Notes: generated by a model not told the origin, from the sequence alone. Shown: positions 14,970 through 28,991, counted from the stretch's first letter. The stretch: DNA of 64,000 nucleotides from Eledone cirrhosa (GCA_964016885.1 OZ024748.1:4216001-4280000); one strand, 5' to 3'. Translations and numbers: made by a program.

Positions 14970-15090
14970 ATAATTATCTTATGTTGTTTATTACATAACT
15001 ATTAAGCTCTGTAGCCTACATAAAGCACTCTTTTTTGCTGGACCTTTCCGACGGAATTACTTCATTCACACACACCCACACACACACACC

Positions 15091-15172
<82 letters not shown>

Positions 15173-15224
15173 TACATATATATACATATATACATATATA
15201 TATATACATATATATGTATATATG

Positions 15225-15370
<146 letters not shown>

Positions 15371-15403
15371 TATTGTATATATATATATATGTATGTGTGT
15401 TTA

Positions 15404-15440
<37 letters not shown>

Positions 15441-15835
15441 GTATATGTGTGTGTAGTTTACATATATATATATACGTATATGAGTGTGTGAGAGAGAGTG
15501 TGTGTGTGTATGTTGTGAGTGTGTGCAGTGTGTGTGTGACAGAGAGAGAGAGAGAGAGAGAGAGTGTGTGTGTGTGTGTGTATAATGTGTGTGTGTGTGA
15601 GAAAAAGAAAGAGTGTGTGAGTGTGTGTAAAAAAATTGAACATAATGAAAGAAATATTCAGGAGAAAAATATAACAAATGTTTTTATTGTAGAATAATGA
15701 AGAAAAATTGATTGTCTGAACATTAAAAAGATAAATGGCTATATAGCTATATATACACTGTTATATATACATAGTTCTATATATACACAGATCTATATAT
15801 AGACACATACATATTTATATATGCACAGCCATGTA

Positions 15836-15894
<59 letters not shown>

Positions 15895-15976
15895 GTTATT
15901 CCGGGTTGAATCGGAGGTAACCACAGTAAGTAAGGTACTCAATACATTGCAGAGTATAAAAGTTTTAATATAGATG

Positions 15977-16027
15977 AGATTCTACAGGACTAGAACTGTT
16001 TCATTCTTTAGAAATCATCAGGAATCT
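15977..16027 (-). ncRNA. Type I hammerhead ribozyme (family A)
   Basis: Reverse complement: agattc-CTGATGA-tttctaaagaat-GAAA-cag(ttctagtc)ctg-TA-gaatct; stem I differs from the 10584 copy but still pairs fully. Confidence 0.85.
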
Positions 16028-16199
16028 TGTCAAGGCAGAATTCTAGGAGAAGGAAAACTCTGATATAACACCTGCAACCCTGATGGTATCCAATGATGTT
16101 GATTTGTTCTTCTTTTTGGTAAATATCATCTTTGTTAAGAGAGTGGGACTGGCTTTGTGCAGTGCCTATCTGGAGATCTCTGTGCACTTGTCGTCACAT

Positions 16200-16534
<335 letters not shown>

Positions 16535-16673
16535 TGTATGTATATATATATATAAGTGCGTCTGTGTGTGTATGTATATGTATACATACATATATATATA
16601 TATTTATGTGTGTGTGTCTATGTATATGTATACATACATGTATATATATGTGTGTGTGTGGATGTATGTATAA

Positions 16674-16735
<62 letters not shown>

Positions 16736-16945
16736 ATATATCATGTCTATTTATTGCTATGTCACAATGTCCACAGTGCATCAGGGATAAATGCTAAATC
16801 AATTACACTGTCCTCAGAATATTACTGGTATTTGTACATGGGAGTGTGTCTTTGTGCGTGCCTGTGTATGGTTAAACGCATTTGTGCTTTCCGTTTCTTT
16901 ACCATCTTACTCTCGTCTAACGATTTCTTCTATTTCTCAGTCTAT

Positions 16946-16979
16946 ATTCTGATAAAGGATTTTTGTCCGAAACGTTAAG
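16946..16979 (+). ncRNA. Decayed minimal PLE-type HHR
   Basis: CTGATAA-agga..tcc-GAAACGTT-aag; same context (downstream CAAGCGTTAA) as the 38318 copy. Confidence 0.5.
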
Positions 16980-17288
16980 GGGTTTCCTACTATTTCAAGC
17001 GTTAAACTTAAATAGATCGCTATTGTAGTGTATCGATATTTTGTGTTGTTTTTCCTCGTTGACACACACCTACACGTACACACTCACAATCACAGACTCA
17101 CACAAACACACGCACATAGACATATACATACACGCCGCGCGCACACAAACACTCACACACATATATAGATAGATAGATAGATAGATAGACAAAGGACAAT
17201 GAAAGAGGGAGACAGATAGAGAGCTATACAGGAGAGAATAATTAACAAGAGAAAAATTCGTTCACACACACACACACACACAGAGCGG

Positions 17289-17365
<77 letters not shown>

Positions 17366-17416
17366 CGAATGAGTGATTGACAAAGAAAGAGTAGCAACGA
17401 AGGTATATATGAATGT

Positions 17417-17474
<58 letters not shown>

Positions 17475-17549
17475 GGAGATATAGATATATATATAGAGAG
17501 AGATTTATATATATATATATTGAGAGTGACAGAGAGAGAGAGTTAGAAA

Positions 17550-17605
<56 letters not shown>

Positions 17606-17620
17606 CATATATATACTTAC

Positions 17621-17916
17621 ATATATATTTGAAGTATGAGAAAAGAGAGAGAAAAAACATAGGAGTAGGAAGAGGAAGGGGATAAGAAAATAAAAAGGAC
17701 GGCTGGGGGAGGAGGAGGAGAAGGTGATGAAAGTGAAGAGGTTAATAAAAGAGAGAAGGTGGGAGTAGAAGAAGAAGGTAGAAGGTCCAGCGATATCGAG
17801 CCAAGCAGATCGGCAGACGATGGGAAAATTGGTCGTAAAAATTTATTGGTCAGACGACAGCAATGGCGCTGGTGGTGGTGGCGGCGGAGACGGCGTATGT
17901 CCACTATAAACAACAT
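17621..17916 (-). CDS. Possible first coding exon of an unidentified host gene
   Basis: ATG-initiated ORF in non-microsatellite sequence ([20 protein letters not shown]...[14 protein letters not shown]) ending at a GTAAGT donor; no homology recognised. Confidence 0.3.
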
Positions 17917-18023
17917 ATTAACAAATTGGTCACTTGAGGTAATATTGTATCGTTTTCACACACACATACACACACATATATACATATATACGCATATATA
18001 CACATTGGTACACTCACACGCAC

Positions 18024-18060
<37 letters not shown>

Positions 18061-18092
18061 AAGAGAAAGAGAGACAAGCACACATATCTACT

Positions 18093-18143
<51 letters not shown>

Positions 18144-18226
18144 ATATATTTATATATATATATATACACACATATATATATACATATAAGTACATATATA
18201 CAAAAAATTACATACGCACACATATT

Positions 18227-18292
<66 letters not shown>

Positions 18293-18363
18293 TATGTACC
18301 CATATATGTAAATATATATATAGATATGTGTGTGTATGTAATTTTTGTAAGTATATATTCTGT

Positions 18364-18417
<54 letters not shown>

Positions 18418-18639
18418 GTTATATATACATATATACACACATAGACAGACGCACAGAAACACACACATATATGCACGGAAAGACATAAACACACAAATGC
18501 AGAGATATATGTAAATATTTATATTTGTAACTCGGTGGAAAAGTCATGGCATATGTGTAAGTGTTTCTGCATAAACACACATACACGAAATCCCCCACCC
18601 ACACAAATAGATATATATGATATATGTATATATAGTGTT

Positions 18640-18820
18640 GTGGCTTGGCAGTAGAGGGTCGGACGCCATGCTTTGCAACAGAGTGTTACGGCCCTTTATG
18701 GTCTGAGTTCAAATCCCGCCGAGGTTAACTTTGCCTTTCATCCTTACGGGGTCGATAAAATAAAGTACCAGTAATACACTGGGATAATTGCTGGCCTTGT
18801 GCCAAAAGTAGAAACAATTA
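18640..18820 (+). mobile_element. tRNA-derived SINE
   Basis: A-box-like TGGCAGTAGAGG, B box GAGTTCAAATCC, core GCCTTTCATCCTTACGGGGTCGATAAAATAAAGTACCAG, GAAACAATTA end. Confidence 0.9.
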
Positions 18821-18827
18821 TATACAC

Positions 18828-18873
<46 letters not shown>

Positions 18874-19144
18874 TAGTATATATATAAACTATATATCTAT
18901 CTTCAACATATATTTTCATATATATATACACACTATATATAAAAACTATATATCTATCTATAATATTATTCAATATAATAAAGAGACATAAACACAGATA
19001 TATATATATATATATATATACACATCTGTGTATATTATAAGGGATCAGAATTCGCTAGGGTGAATATCTATCTGTAATATATATTTTAATATATATATAC
19101 ACTATATATATAAATACTATATATATATCTATGATATATCTACG

Positions 19145-19176
<32 letters not shown>

Positions 19177-19280
19177 TATATATCTCTCTGTAATATATAT
19201 TTTAATATATATATACACTATATATAAATACTATATATATATCTATGATATATCTACGCTATATATATATATGTCTACGC

Positions 19281-19334
<54 letters not shown>

Positions 19335-19807
19335 TATTTTAATATATATATACACACTTAGGTAGTAATTTCTTAATAAACACACATCCTGTATTCCATG
19401 ATTTTGTATTATATACGGTATATATAGCATTACTATATATTGTATATTATATATATACTCCCTAGAAATCTTGATTATAAATAAACTATTGTTATATTTA
19501 TATTCATGTACACACACACACACACACACACATGTATATATATATATATATACATATATATGTGTATTTATATATATGTACATATATATATATATATACA
19601 TATGTATATACACATATATACATATAAATATACACACACATATACTCATATATATACTTACATATTTGTATCTGTATATGACATTTGATCTGTATTAATA
19701 AAAAATCTTTTCAACAAAAGGTCTTGTCACTCAAAATGTGATAATATATAAAAAATATATTTTTTAAGAAGAAATATTTTTCTGACAACTCCTCACCCCA
19801 CATCAAC

Positions 19808-19854
<47 letters not shown>

Positions 19855-19891
19855 TATATATATATATAATTATATATATGTATAATTATAT

Positions 19892-19971
19892 AGGAAAAAG
19901 TATGACCCCGACGGCAGAGCTCAAGCCGTTTCGACGGCTATTTCTGGTTCCTTACCACAACTCCTTCGTTA
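19892..19971. mobile_element. Family B element, internally deleted
   Basis: Left arm joined to the tail end at CTGG microhomology. Confidence 0.75.
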
Positions 19972-19975
19972 TAAT

Positions 19976-20006
<31 letters not shown>

Positions 20007-20102
20007 TTATATACAATTATATATATATATATTGATATATATATATATAAATAATTATATATATATATATTTATATATATATAATTATATATATATAAAT
20101 AT

Positions 20103-20133
<31 letters not shown>

Positions 20134-20364
20134 AATATATATATATAATTATATATATATATATATATATATATACAATTATATATGTATAATATACATA
20201 CATATATATATACTTATATATGTACACACACATATGTATATACATATATGTATATTTATACATACATAAGTATTATGTATGTTGGTATGTATATACCAAA
20301 ATATTCTTTATATATGTTTCTGAACATTTGAGTATTGAGTGCTTAGTTGTCATTAGGTCACAAG

Positions 20365-20403
<39 letters not shown>

Positions 20404-20541
20404 GGTTATATTTAATTTGTTGGAACTCAACAAGCTTAAACATTTGTTATAACTGATATAAACTATCCAGGAAGCTCCAACCGTTAAGGTTGTCTTTTTT
20501 CAGGTTATGTCAATATTTATTTATAAAACTAATCTGTATTG

Positions 20542-20607
20542 TATTTTATCTGATGAAAGCGCACCATAATTTGCCTTGGTGGCCCTTGAAATATGTATAA
20601 TAAAATA
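20542..20607 (+). ncRNA. Type I hammerhead ribozyme (family G)
   Basis: tattttat-CTGATGA-aag..cacca/tggtg..ctt-GAAA-tatgta-TA-ataaaata; 8-bp stem I. Confidence 0.8.
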
Positions 20608-20645
20608 AATATGGTTTTATAAATATAGTTTCCATTTGTTAATAT

Positions 20646-20684
<39 letters not shown>

Positions 20685-20874
20685 TACATTAAATGGTGTT
20701 TTAACCGTGAGCTTTTATCATTTTCCTCATTCTAGCTTTAGGTGTAAATTCTTCCAATGTGTCTCATTTCATACAGTAGCATTTGTTTTGAAACGATATT
20801 TGGTTGCTATTTCTAGCACTTAGAGCCGCCAAAGAGGGCACTCATGTTTTATGAATTCGTGTCAACACACAGCT

Positions 20875-20993
<119 letters not shown>

Positions 20994-21180
20994 CCTTACT
21001 ATTTCTCTCTCTCTTGTCTATTATTACAGTCTTTCTTTTGCCCCACTCTGTCACTGAAGCAGTAAACATCTGAGTGGCTGGGTGTTACCTTCTATCTGTC
21101 AATCATACAGTGAAAAGATAGACACAGACAGAGCGAGGTTTGGATGTTTATGTGTGTGTGTGTGTCTGTCTGTCTGTCTC

Positions 21181-21212
<32 letters not shown>

Positions 21213-21256
21213 GATTCATTACAGCTGAGAATTAGCAGTCACTAGTTGTTCCTTAA

Positions 21257-21287
<31 letters not shown>

Positions 21288-21292
21288 CTTAT

Positions 21293-21500
21293 ATGAACAG
21301 AATCATGATCCCGACGGCTGAGCTCCGGCCGTTTCGACAGCTAGATCCGAACTAAAGCGCCAGTCTGATCTAGCTGTCGAAACGGCCGGAGCTCAGCCGT
21401 CGGGGTCATGATTCTTTTCCTATTACAAACTTTACTACCCCGAGAAGCGAGTACTCTGGTGGATTATGGTCTAGCTGGTTTTTACCGCACCCTCTCTGAT
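21293..21500 (+). mobile_element. Family B palindromic element (HHR 3' half)
   Basis: Inverted arms around a spacer; GTC-GAAA-CGGC..GCCG-TC-GGGG; followed by tail. Confidence 0.8.
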
Positions 21501-21508
21501 ATATATAT

Positions 21509-21589
21509 AGAACTGTTTCATTCGGGAGAAATCATCAGGAAGCGCTGATGATTTCTCCCGAATGAAACAGTTCTAGTCCTGTATAAGCC

Positions 21590-21595
<6 letters not shown>
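21509..21595. mobile_element. Family A fold-back fragment
   Basis: GAACTGTTTCATTCGGGAGAAATCATCAG and its reverse complement CTGATGATTTCTCCCGAATGAAACAGTTC. Confidence 0.75.
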
Positions 21596-21655
<60 letters not shown>

Positions 21656-21691
21656 TGAAACAGTAAACAAAAACACAACGTGGAAGCGAAG

Positions 21692-21723
<32 letters not shown>

Positions 21724-21756
21724 CCTGCGGTGCTGAGACCTGTCGGTGGGACCACT

Positions 21757-21944
21757 AATAATTGTTTCTACTTTAGGCACAAGGCCAGCAATTAGCCCAG
21801 TGCATTACTGGTACTTTATTTTATCAACCCCGGAACGATGAAAGGCAAAGTTAACCTCGGCGGGATTTGAACTCAGACCGTAAAGGGACGTAACTATGCT
21901 GGAAAGCATGGCGTCCGACCCTCTACCGATCCTGCCAATCCACC
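21757..21944 (-). mobile_element. tRNA-derived SINE, full length
   Basis: Reverse complement of the SINE consensus. Confidence 0.9.
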
Positions 21945-22721
21945 GCCCCTCTTTTCCTGTATATAATGAGAGAGAGATAGTGAAAAACAGAGAGGTAAAA
22001 TCCCGACTGCGGCGCCAAGCGGTTTCGGTTTGTGTGTTCAGCAAACCTTTTCAAGGACCCTTGAGAAACCTTGCTGGACACACAAGTCGAAAACACTTGG
22101 TCGGGCTTTTATTTTACCTATCTCTCTATATGTACCATATTGAAACGAATGAAACAGTTCTAATTCTGTAGAGGTCAGTTCTATATGAAATAGAGGGAGG
22201 GGGTGACAGGAGCAGCAAAAGGAGAGTGAGTGAGAGGGAGAGTTTAGAGGATATGTAAGAAAGAGAGGGACAGAATGGGATGTAGGAGGAGATGTTAGAA
22301 GGAGTAGGAGAATTAAAATAAAAAGCGCGAAAGTTGTTGTTGTTGTTGTTTAACCCTAGGTTAGCCACTATCGAGTAAACAAGACAAGAAATGATCATCT
22401 GGTCGGGCTTTTAGATATAGTTTATTCTCATCTCTATAATCAATACTGTGATTGTGGGATTTGACGGGGATTTAGTGCTCCTATCTCCCGCAATATTCCA
22501 GCCATGACCATCTCGACTGCAGTATCAACAGTGCAACTGTGTGATACCCAATTAGCTATTCGCCGTTGAAGCAGCGTGAGCTCCACCGTAGGGCACTAAC
22601 TTTGCACTATACATACGCTAAACTAGTATCTCCCAGTCACTCTCTCTGTCTCTCATATATATATATACAGTATACATACATATATATATATATACAGTAT
22701 ACACATATATATATATACAGT

Positions 22722-22767
<46 letters not shown>

Positions 22768-22768
22768 T

Positions 22769-22804
<36 letters not shown>

Positions 22805-22870
22805 TATACATATATATATATATATATTGTTATACTTTGGGAGGGTCATGTTGCTAAACAAATTCAGAAA

Positions 22871-22917
<47 letters not shown>

Positions 22918-22988
22918 CAGGGACTGGCGGTTGACAATGAAAGGATGACAGCGATAATAAAATGATGTAAAGATAGATAGACAGATAG

Positions 22989-23022
<34 letters not shown>

Positions 23023-23445
23023 AGGGAGAGAGAGAGAGAGGGGGGGGGGAGACTTATTATATATAAAGAGAAACAAGAGAATGTGAGAGAGTGGAATATA
23101 TATAGAAGAGAGATTGAAAGAAAGATTAATAGAGAAAGAGAGACAAGGGAGAGGAAAATGAGAGGAAAAAAGATTAAAGCGAGTGCTAGAGAGAGAGAGA
23201 GGCCAAATAAAGAAGGGGGGAAGTAGGAGGAGTGTTAACTGTAAGCGTGACAGAGGAAGGAGAGGATGGAGTAAAAGGGGGAGTAGACGTACAATTGGTA
23301 GAGGAGGGATATATCGGTGTCACTGAAAGTAGTTCGTATTGATAGGTGTAATTAAGGGCGGAGTGGTATGTCATCAAATATAGGTCCGTCTTGTTCTTCG
23401 TTAAGTACTTGGTTTTTATTTTATTTGTGTTGCCCTTGTGGCAAA

Positions 23446-25400
23446 TGGGGTCGATAAAATAAAGTACAGAGATAATTGCTGGCCTTGTGCCAAAAGTAGA
23501 AACAATTATTATTATTATTATTAATGGCTGGTGGATTGGAAGTACCGGTAGAGTGTCGGACACCCTGCTATGCAGCATAGAGTTTCGGCTCTTTACATTC
23601 TGATTTCAAATCCCGCCGAGGTTAGCTTTGCCTTTCATCCTTACGGAGTCGATAAATAAAGTACCAGTAATGTACTTGGGTCAATTTAAGCGACTTGCCC
23701 CTCCTCCAAATTGCTGGCCTTGTGCCTAAAGTAGAAATCATCATCATCATCATCATCTTCATCTTCATCATCAACATCATTATCATCATCTTCATCATCA
23801 ACATCATTATTGTTATTTTCCAGTTCTAGGTCGGTGGAATGGCGGAATTGTTAGAACACCGAAAAAAATGGTTTGAAGTATTTTTTTCCAACTCTTTTAT
23901 GTCCTCAGTTCAAATTATGCCGAGGTCAACCTTGCGTTTCATCTTTTCGGGGTCAATAAAATAAAGTTCCTGTGAAGTACTGGGGTGGAGCATAGGCAGT
24001 GCCGTATTTAGGACAAATGAGGTCCTGTGCTAGTTAAGCTATGAGGTCCCTTACTTGAACAAATTTGAAAAACTCATCATAAAATATTTTGGGGCAGGTA
24101 GATGCCCCTCCCCGCCTGGCCAACGGGACCCTGTGCTCAAGTACACCTAAGCACTATGGTAAATCCGGCACTGATTATAGGCCTTACGGCCTAGATTAGG
24201 AGTCGGGTTTGTTTTACCATCTCTATGACGTTGGAATGGTAGAATCGTTAGAGCGCCGAAAAAATAAAAGAATGTTCTGAGGTATTTTTCCAGTCCTTTA
24301 TATTCTAGATTCAAATCTGGCTGAGGCCAACATTGCCTTTCATCTTTTGGCGGTCGATATAAATAACTAATCCTTTCTCCATTTGCTAGAAATGTTCGTT
24401 AGAGCGTCGGACATAATGTGTTGTCATATTTGATCCTGCTTTTTACATTCTGAGTTCAAATCCCGCCGTAGTCAACGTTCCTTTTTATCTTTTTGTAGTC
24501 GACAAAATAAAGGACATGTCAAGCTCTTTGGTCGATTTAATCATTTTTTTTCCATTTCCTTAAATTTGCTGGTTTTGTGCCTCAATTAGAAACCATCATC
24601 ATCATTATTATCATCTATTTTTGGTGGTGGATTGGCAGTATCGGTAGAGGGTCTACCGCCATGCTTTGCAGCAAAGAGTTACGGCCCTTTATAGTTTGAG
24701 TTAAATCCCGCCGAGGTCAACTTTACCTTTCATCGTTAGGGGGTCGATAAAATAAAGTACCAGCAATGTACTGGGATAATTGCTGGCCTTGTGCCAAAAG
24801 TAGAAACAATTATTAAAAAATACTTTCAGGTGTATAGTTTTACTCATTTATTTATACATTCTACATTCACCTTTGTTCAGGCCCTTTACGTTCTGAGTTC
24901 AAATCCCGCCGAGGTTATTATCTTTGCTTTCCATCCTTACTGGATAAAAAATAAAGTAACGCACTGGAGTCCTTGTAAACAACTTTCCCCTTCCTTTTAA
25001 ATTGCTGACCTTCTGCCAAAAGTAGAAACAAATAATTGTTTCTACTTTAGGCACAAGGCCAGCAATAACTCAGTACATTACTGGTACTTTATTTTATCGA
25101 CCCCGTAAGGATGAAAGACAAAGTTAACCTCGGCGGGATTTGAAGAAACAAATAATATTAATTTTTATGCCGGCTCTTTATATTCTGAGTTCAAATCCTG
25201 CTGTGGCCACCATTACATTTCATTCTTCCATATTTAATAAGAATCAGTGAAGTATTTGGGTTTGTATAATTAACTAAACCGTCCCACAAATGTTAGAAAC
25301 GATTATAATAATCTTTTTATCTAGTATTGTAGTATTTATTTATGTATCTTTACGTTCTGGGTTCAAATCTCTCCGGGACCAGCTTTACCTTTTATTCTTC
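23446..25400. mobile_element. Cluster of about 10 SINE copies/fragments of different ages, mostly + strand, one inverted (25033-25143)
   Basis: Repeated GTTCAAATC..GAGGT(C/T)AAC..CCTTTCATC core. Confidence 0.85.
23997..24173. mobile_element. hAT-type MITE
   Basis: TIRs CAGTGCCGTATTTA / TAAATCCGGCACTG; 8-bp TSD agcatagg/attatagg (6/8). Confidence 0.75.
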
Positions 25401-25432
25401 TTCCAATGATCGGTAAGATATCGACAATATGC

Positions 25433-25480
<48 letters not shown>

Positions 25481-25590
25481 TGAGATTCTACAGGACTAGA
25501 ACTGTTTCATTCTTTAGAAATACTCTTTATACTCTGCAATGTATTGAGTACCTTACTTACTGTGGTTACCTCCGATTCAACCCGGAATAA

Positions 25591-25624
<34 letters not shown>

Positions 25625-25631
<7 letters not shown>

Positions 25632-25720
25632 ATTGGGGACCCCGACGGCTGAGCTCCTGCCTTTTCAACAGCTAGAATACTCTGGTGAGGAATGGTCTAA
25701 CTGGTTTTTACTGCATCCAT

Positions 25721-25808
<88 letters not shown>

Positions 25809-25897
25809 ATTGGGGACCCCGACGGCTGAGCTCCTGCCTTTTCAACAGCTAGAATACTCTGGTGAGGAATGGTCTAACTGGTTTTTACTGCATCCAT

Positions 25898-25902
<5 letters not shown>
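25625..25902. repeat. Identical tandem duplication of a ~100-bp deleted family B element separated by (TA)n
   Basis: 25625-25724 equals 25803-25902. Confidence 0.85.
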
Positions 25903-25966
<64 letters not shown>

Positions 25967-25968
<2 letters not shown>

Positions 25969-26152
25969 AAGAAAGTGTGGTAAGGAACCAGGTGGACCAT
26001 AACGCACCAGAGTACTCGATACTTAGGGTAGTAGAGTGGGTAATAGGAAAAGAGTCAGGACCCCGACGGCCGAGCTCCGACCGTTTCAACAGCTAGTTGA
26101 TCTAGCTGTCGAAACGGCCAGAGCTCAGCCGTCGGTGTCCTGACTCTTTTCA
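25967..26152 (-). mobile_element. Family B palindromic element
   Basis: Tail plus inverted arms. Confidence 0.8.
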
Positions 26153-26349
26153 TATATATATATATATGTATTTATGGACATATATATATATATATATAAT
26201 ATACACATACAAACACGCATACATATAGGTATACGCATACACATACACACGTGCACACACGCACACATGTACAGAGAGAGTGTGTGTATGTGTGTGTGTG
26301 AGAGAGAGAGAGAGAGCGTGTATGAGTGAGAGAAAGAGAGAGAGAGAGA

Positions 26350-26382
<33 letters not shown>

Positions 26383-26546
26383 CGTGTGTGTGAGAGAGAG
26401 ACAACACACAGCCGTGTCCGCTTCTGTTGTTAATACAACAGAGAAGCGTGAAGCAGTATTTATCACCTTCTTAAAGGGGTTCGTTATAAAACAACATACA
26501 ATAGACAACTTGAGTAGCATCGATCTTTCTGTGTAGCATTATATAC

Positions 26547-26729
26547 GGTGGATTGGCAGTATCGGTAGAGGGTTGGATGCCATGCTTTCTAGCATAGTTA
26601 CGTCCCTTTACATTCTGAGTTCAAATCCCGCCGAGGTTAACTTTGCCTTTCATCCTTACGGGGTCGATAAAATAAAGTACCAGTAATGCACTGGGTAATT
26701 GCTAGTCTTGTGCCAAAAGTAGAAACAAT

Positions 26730-26730
<1 letters not shown>
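26547..26730 (+). mobile_element. tRNA-derived SINE, full length
   Basis: Consensus match; flanking ATTATATA duplication. Confidence 0.9.
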
Positions 26731-26764
<34 letters not shown>

Positions 26765-26793
26765 TGGTATCTGTGTTATGTATACATATGAAG

Positions 26794-26825
<32 letters not shown>

Positions 26826-26892
26826 GCCCACATTTATATATATGCTTATATGTGTGTGTGTATTTATATATATATATATATATATATACATA

Positions 26893-26932
<40 letters not shown>

Positions 26933-26954
26933 TTTATATATATATATATATTTG

Positions 26955-27311
26955 GTGTGGGATGCTAAAAGCGTCCATATGCGGTAGGCCGTTTGAGCAC
27001 TCGATGCTCTTACAGAGCAGAGTATAATATCACATAAGAAACGGAGAGTCAATGGTGCGACGAATTAGAAGTTATTAGACATATTACAATCGTTTCTCTG
27101 GCGACCAGCTCGAGGTACGATCGATGCGAGGATCGAACCTGACTCTGAAATCGCAAGTTCTTCAGATACGTCTTTATCCGTCGATGGATAAAGTTCGAGG
27201 AACGATCCTCGCATCGATCGTGTCTCGAGCTGGTCGCCAGAGAAACGATTGTAATATGTCTAATAAATTCTAATTCGTCGCACCACTGATTCTCCGTTTC
27301 TTATGTGATAT
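26955..27311 (-). mobile_element. Family C element: HHR-bearing copy plus inverted partial copy (27203-27311)
   Basis: 27028-27135 mirrored by 27203-27311; homologues at 28400-28582 and 51368-51610. Confidence 0.8.
27078..27172 (-). ncRNA. Type I HHR with extended (~60-nt) stem II (family C)
   Basis: Reverse complement: gacgtat-CTGAAGA-[long hairpin]-GAAA-cgattg-TA-atatgtc. Confidence 0.8.
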
Positions 27312-27312
27312 A

Positions 27313-27349
<37 letters not shown>

Positions 27350-27351
<2 letters not shown>

Positions 27352-27535
27352 CGAAGGAAATGTGGTAAGGAACCAGGTGGACCATAACGCACCAAAGTAC
27401 TCAATACTTGAGGTAGTAGAGTGGGTAATAGGAACCAGTAAGACCCCGACAGCTGAGCTCAAGCCGTTTCGACGGCTAATTCTATGAATTAGCCGTCGAA
27501 ACGGCTTGAGCTCAGCTGTCGGGGTCTTACTGGTT

Positions 27536-27586
<51 letters not shown>

Positions 27587-27787
27587 AAAGAGTCAGGACC
27601 CCGACGGCTCAGCTCCGGCCGTTTCGACAGCTAGAACCAAACCGCGTTCGGATCTAGCTGTCGAAACGGCCGGAGCTCAGCCGTCGAGGTCCTGACTCTT
27701 TTCCTATTACCCACTCTACTACCCTAAGTATGGAGTACACAGGTGCGTTATGGTCCACCTGGTTCCTCGCCACATTTTCTTTGTTGT
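27350..27787. mobile_element. Two family B palindromic elements (27350-27538 minus; 27584-27787 plus) separated by (TA)n
   Basis: Each has inverted arms and one tail. Confidence 0.85.
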
Positions 27788-28106
27788 ATATATATATATA
27801 TATATATACATTAAAGATATAGACGATGTGATTTGAAATTATTCTATTTGTTTGGTGACGAATATAAATACCATTTTAGAAGTCTTTAAAATAAGAAACC
27901 AGTGTTTTTTTAGCTTCCTCAACTAAGATGAAATGAATTCTAACTTTCGGACTGTGAACATGTGTCGTCAGTTTAAAACTAGATTTAACTCTATTCTCAG
28001 TTAATTCTCCACCCAGAGACAAGTAGAAATAAATAAATAAAGAAGTAAAATGAAATAAAAATGGCGTTGACATTACAATACAATACAACAGGAGGGAACA
28101 CAATAG

Positions 28107-28150
28107 TACTACTGATGATGTTGCAGATGTGCAACGAAAGAACTTTGATA
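28107..28150 (+). ncRNA. Minimal HHR motif, same family as 51066
   Basis: CTGATGA-t-gttgca(gatg)tgcaac-GAAA-gaac-TT-tga; stem I degenerate. Confidence 0.55.
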
Positions 28151-28488
28151 GACTATATATATATATATATATATGTATGTATTTTTAACCGTTCGTCAAT
28201 CAATGATAAAGATTGATTGGTAGATAAATTAACTATGGAGATATAAAAGATACAGAAGCGAAAACCGACCAAACAGTGAGTGTATTCTGTTGTTATTTCT
28301 GGCAATATTATTATAACAATATGATCCTCCCCAAGTATAACAATATTTGTATCGACACACGATTTCATATAAAAAACCTTGCAAAACAAAATATATATAT
28401 AGGCGGTAGGCCGGTTGAGCACTCGATGCTCGCGCAGAGCAGAGTATATTATTATAGGAATCAGTAATGCATCAAAACACAATTTATT

Positions 28489-28582
28489 AACATATTACAC
28501 ATGTTTCTCCGTCGATCAGCTCAAGGCAGGATGTGTTACAGATCGAACCTGACTCTGCATTCGAAGATTCCTCATATATGTC
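28489..28582 (-). ncRNA. Decayed family C HHR
   Basis: Reverse complement: gacatat-ATGAGGA-[long stem II]-GAAA-catgtg-TA-atatgtt; core C3 mutated. Confidence 0.6.
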
Positions 28583-28600
28583 TTGTGGATGTAACGTCTT

Positions 28601-28659
<59 letters not shown>

Positions 28660-28661
28660 TG

Positions 28662-28698
<37 letters not shown>

Positions 28699-28703
28699 GT
28701 ATG

Positions 28704-28750
<47 letters not shown>

Positions 28751-28753
28751 GTG

Positions 28754-28934
<181 letters not shown>

Positions 28935-28991
28935 TTATACATATATATATATATGTATATATATATATGTATATATATATATATAGGTATA

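Larger units (their letters stand above)
14749..15060. mobile_element. Family F element: ~250-bp spacerless palindrome with an HHR in each arm, plus tail
   Basis: Centre GGATTTT|AAAATCC at 14877/14878; collapsed homologue at 12285-12400. Confidence 0.85.

Noticed and set aside
23340-23440. Possible GIY-YIG C-terminal remnant on the minus strand (NQVLNEEQD; also SLNKD near 16140)
   Set aside because: Too short and interrupted to assign
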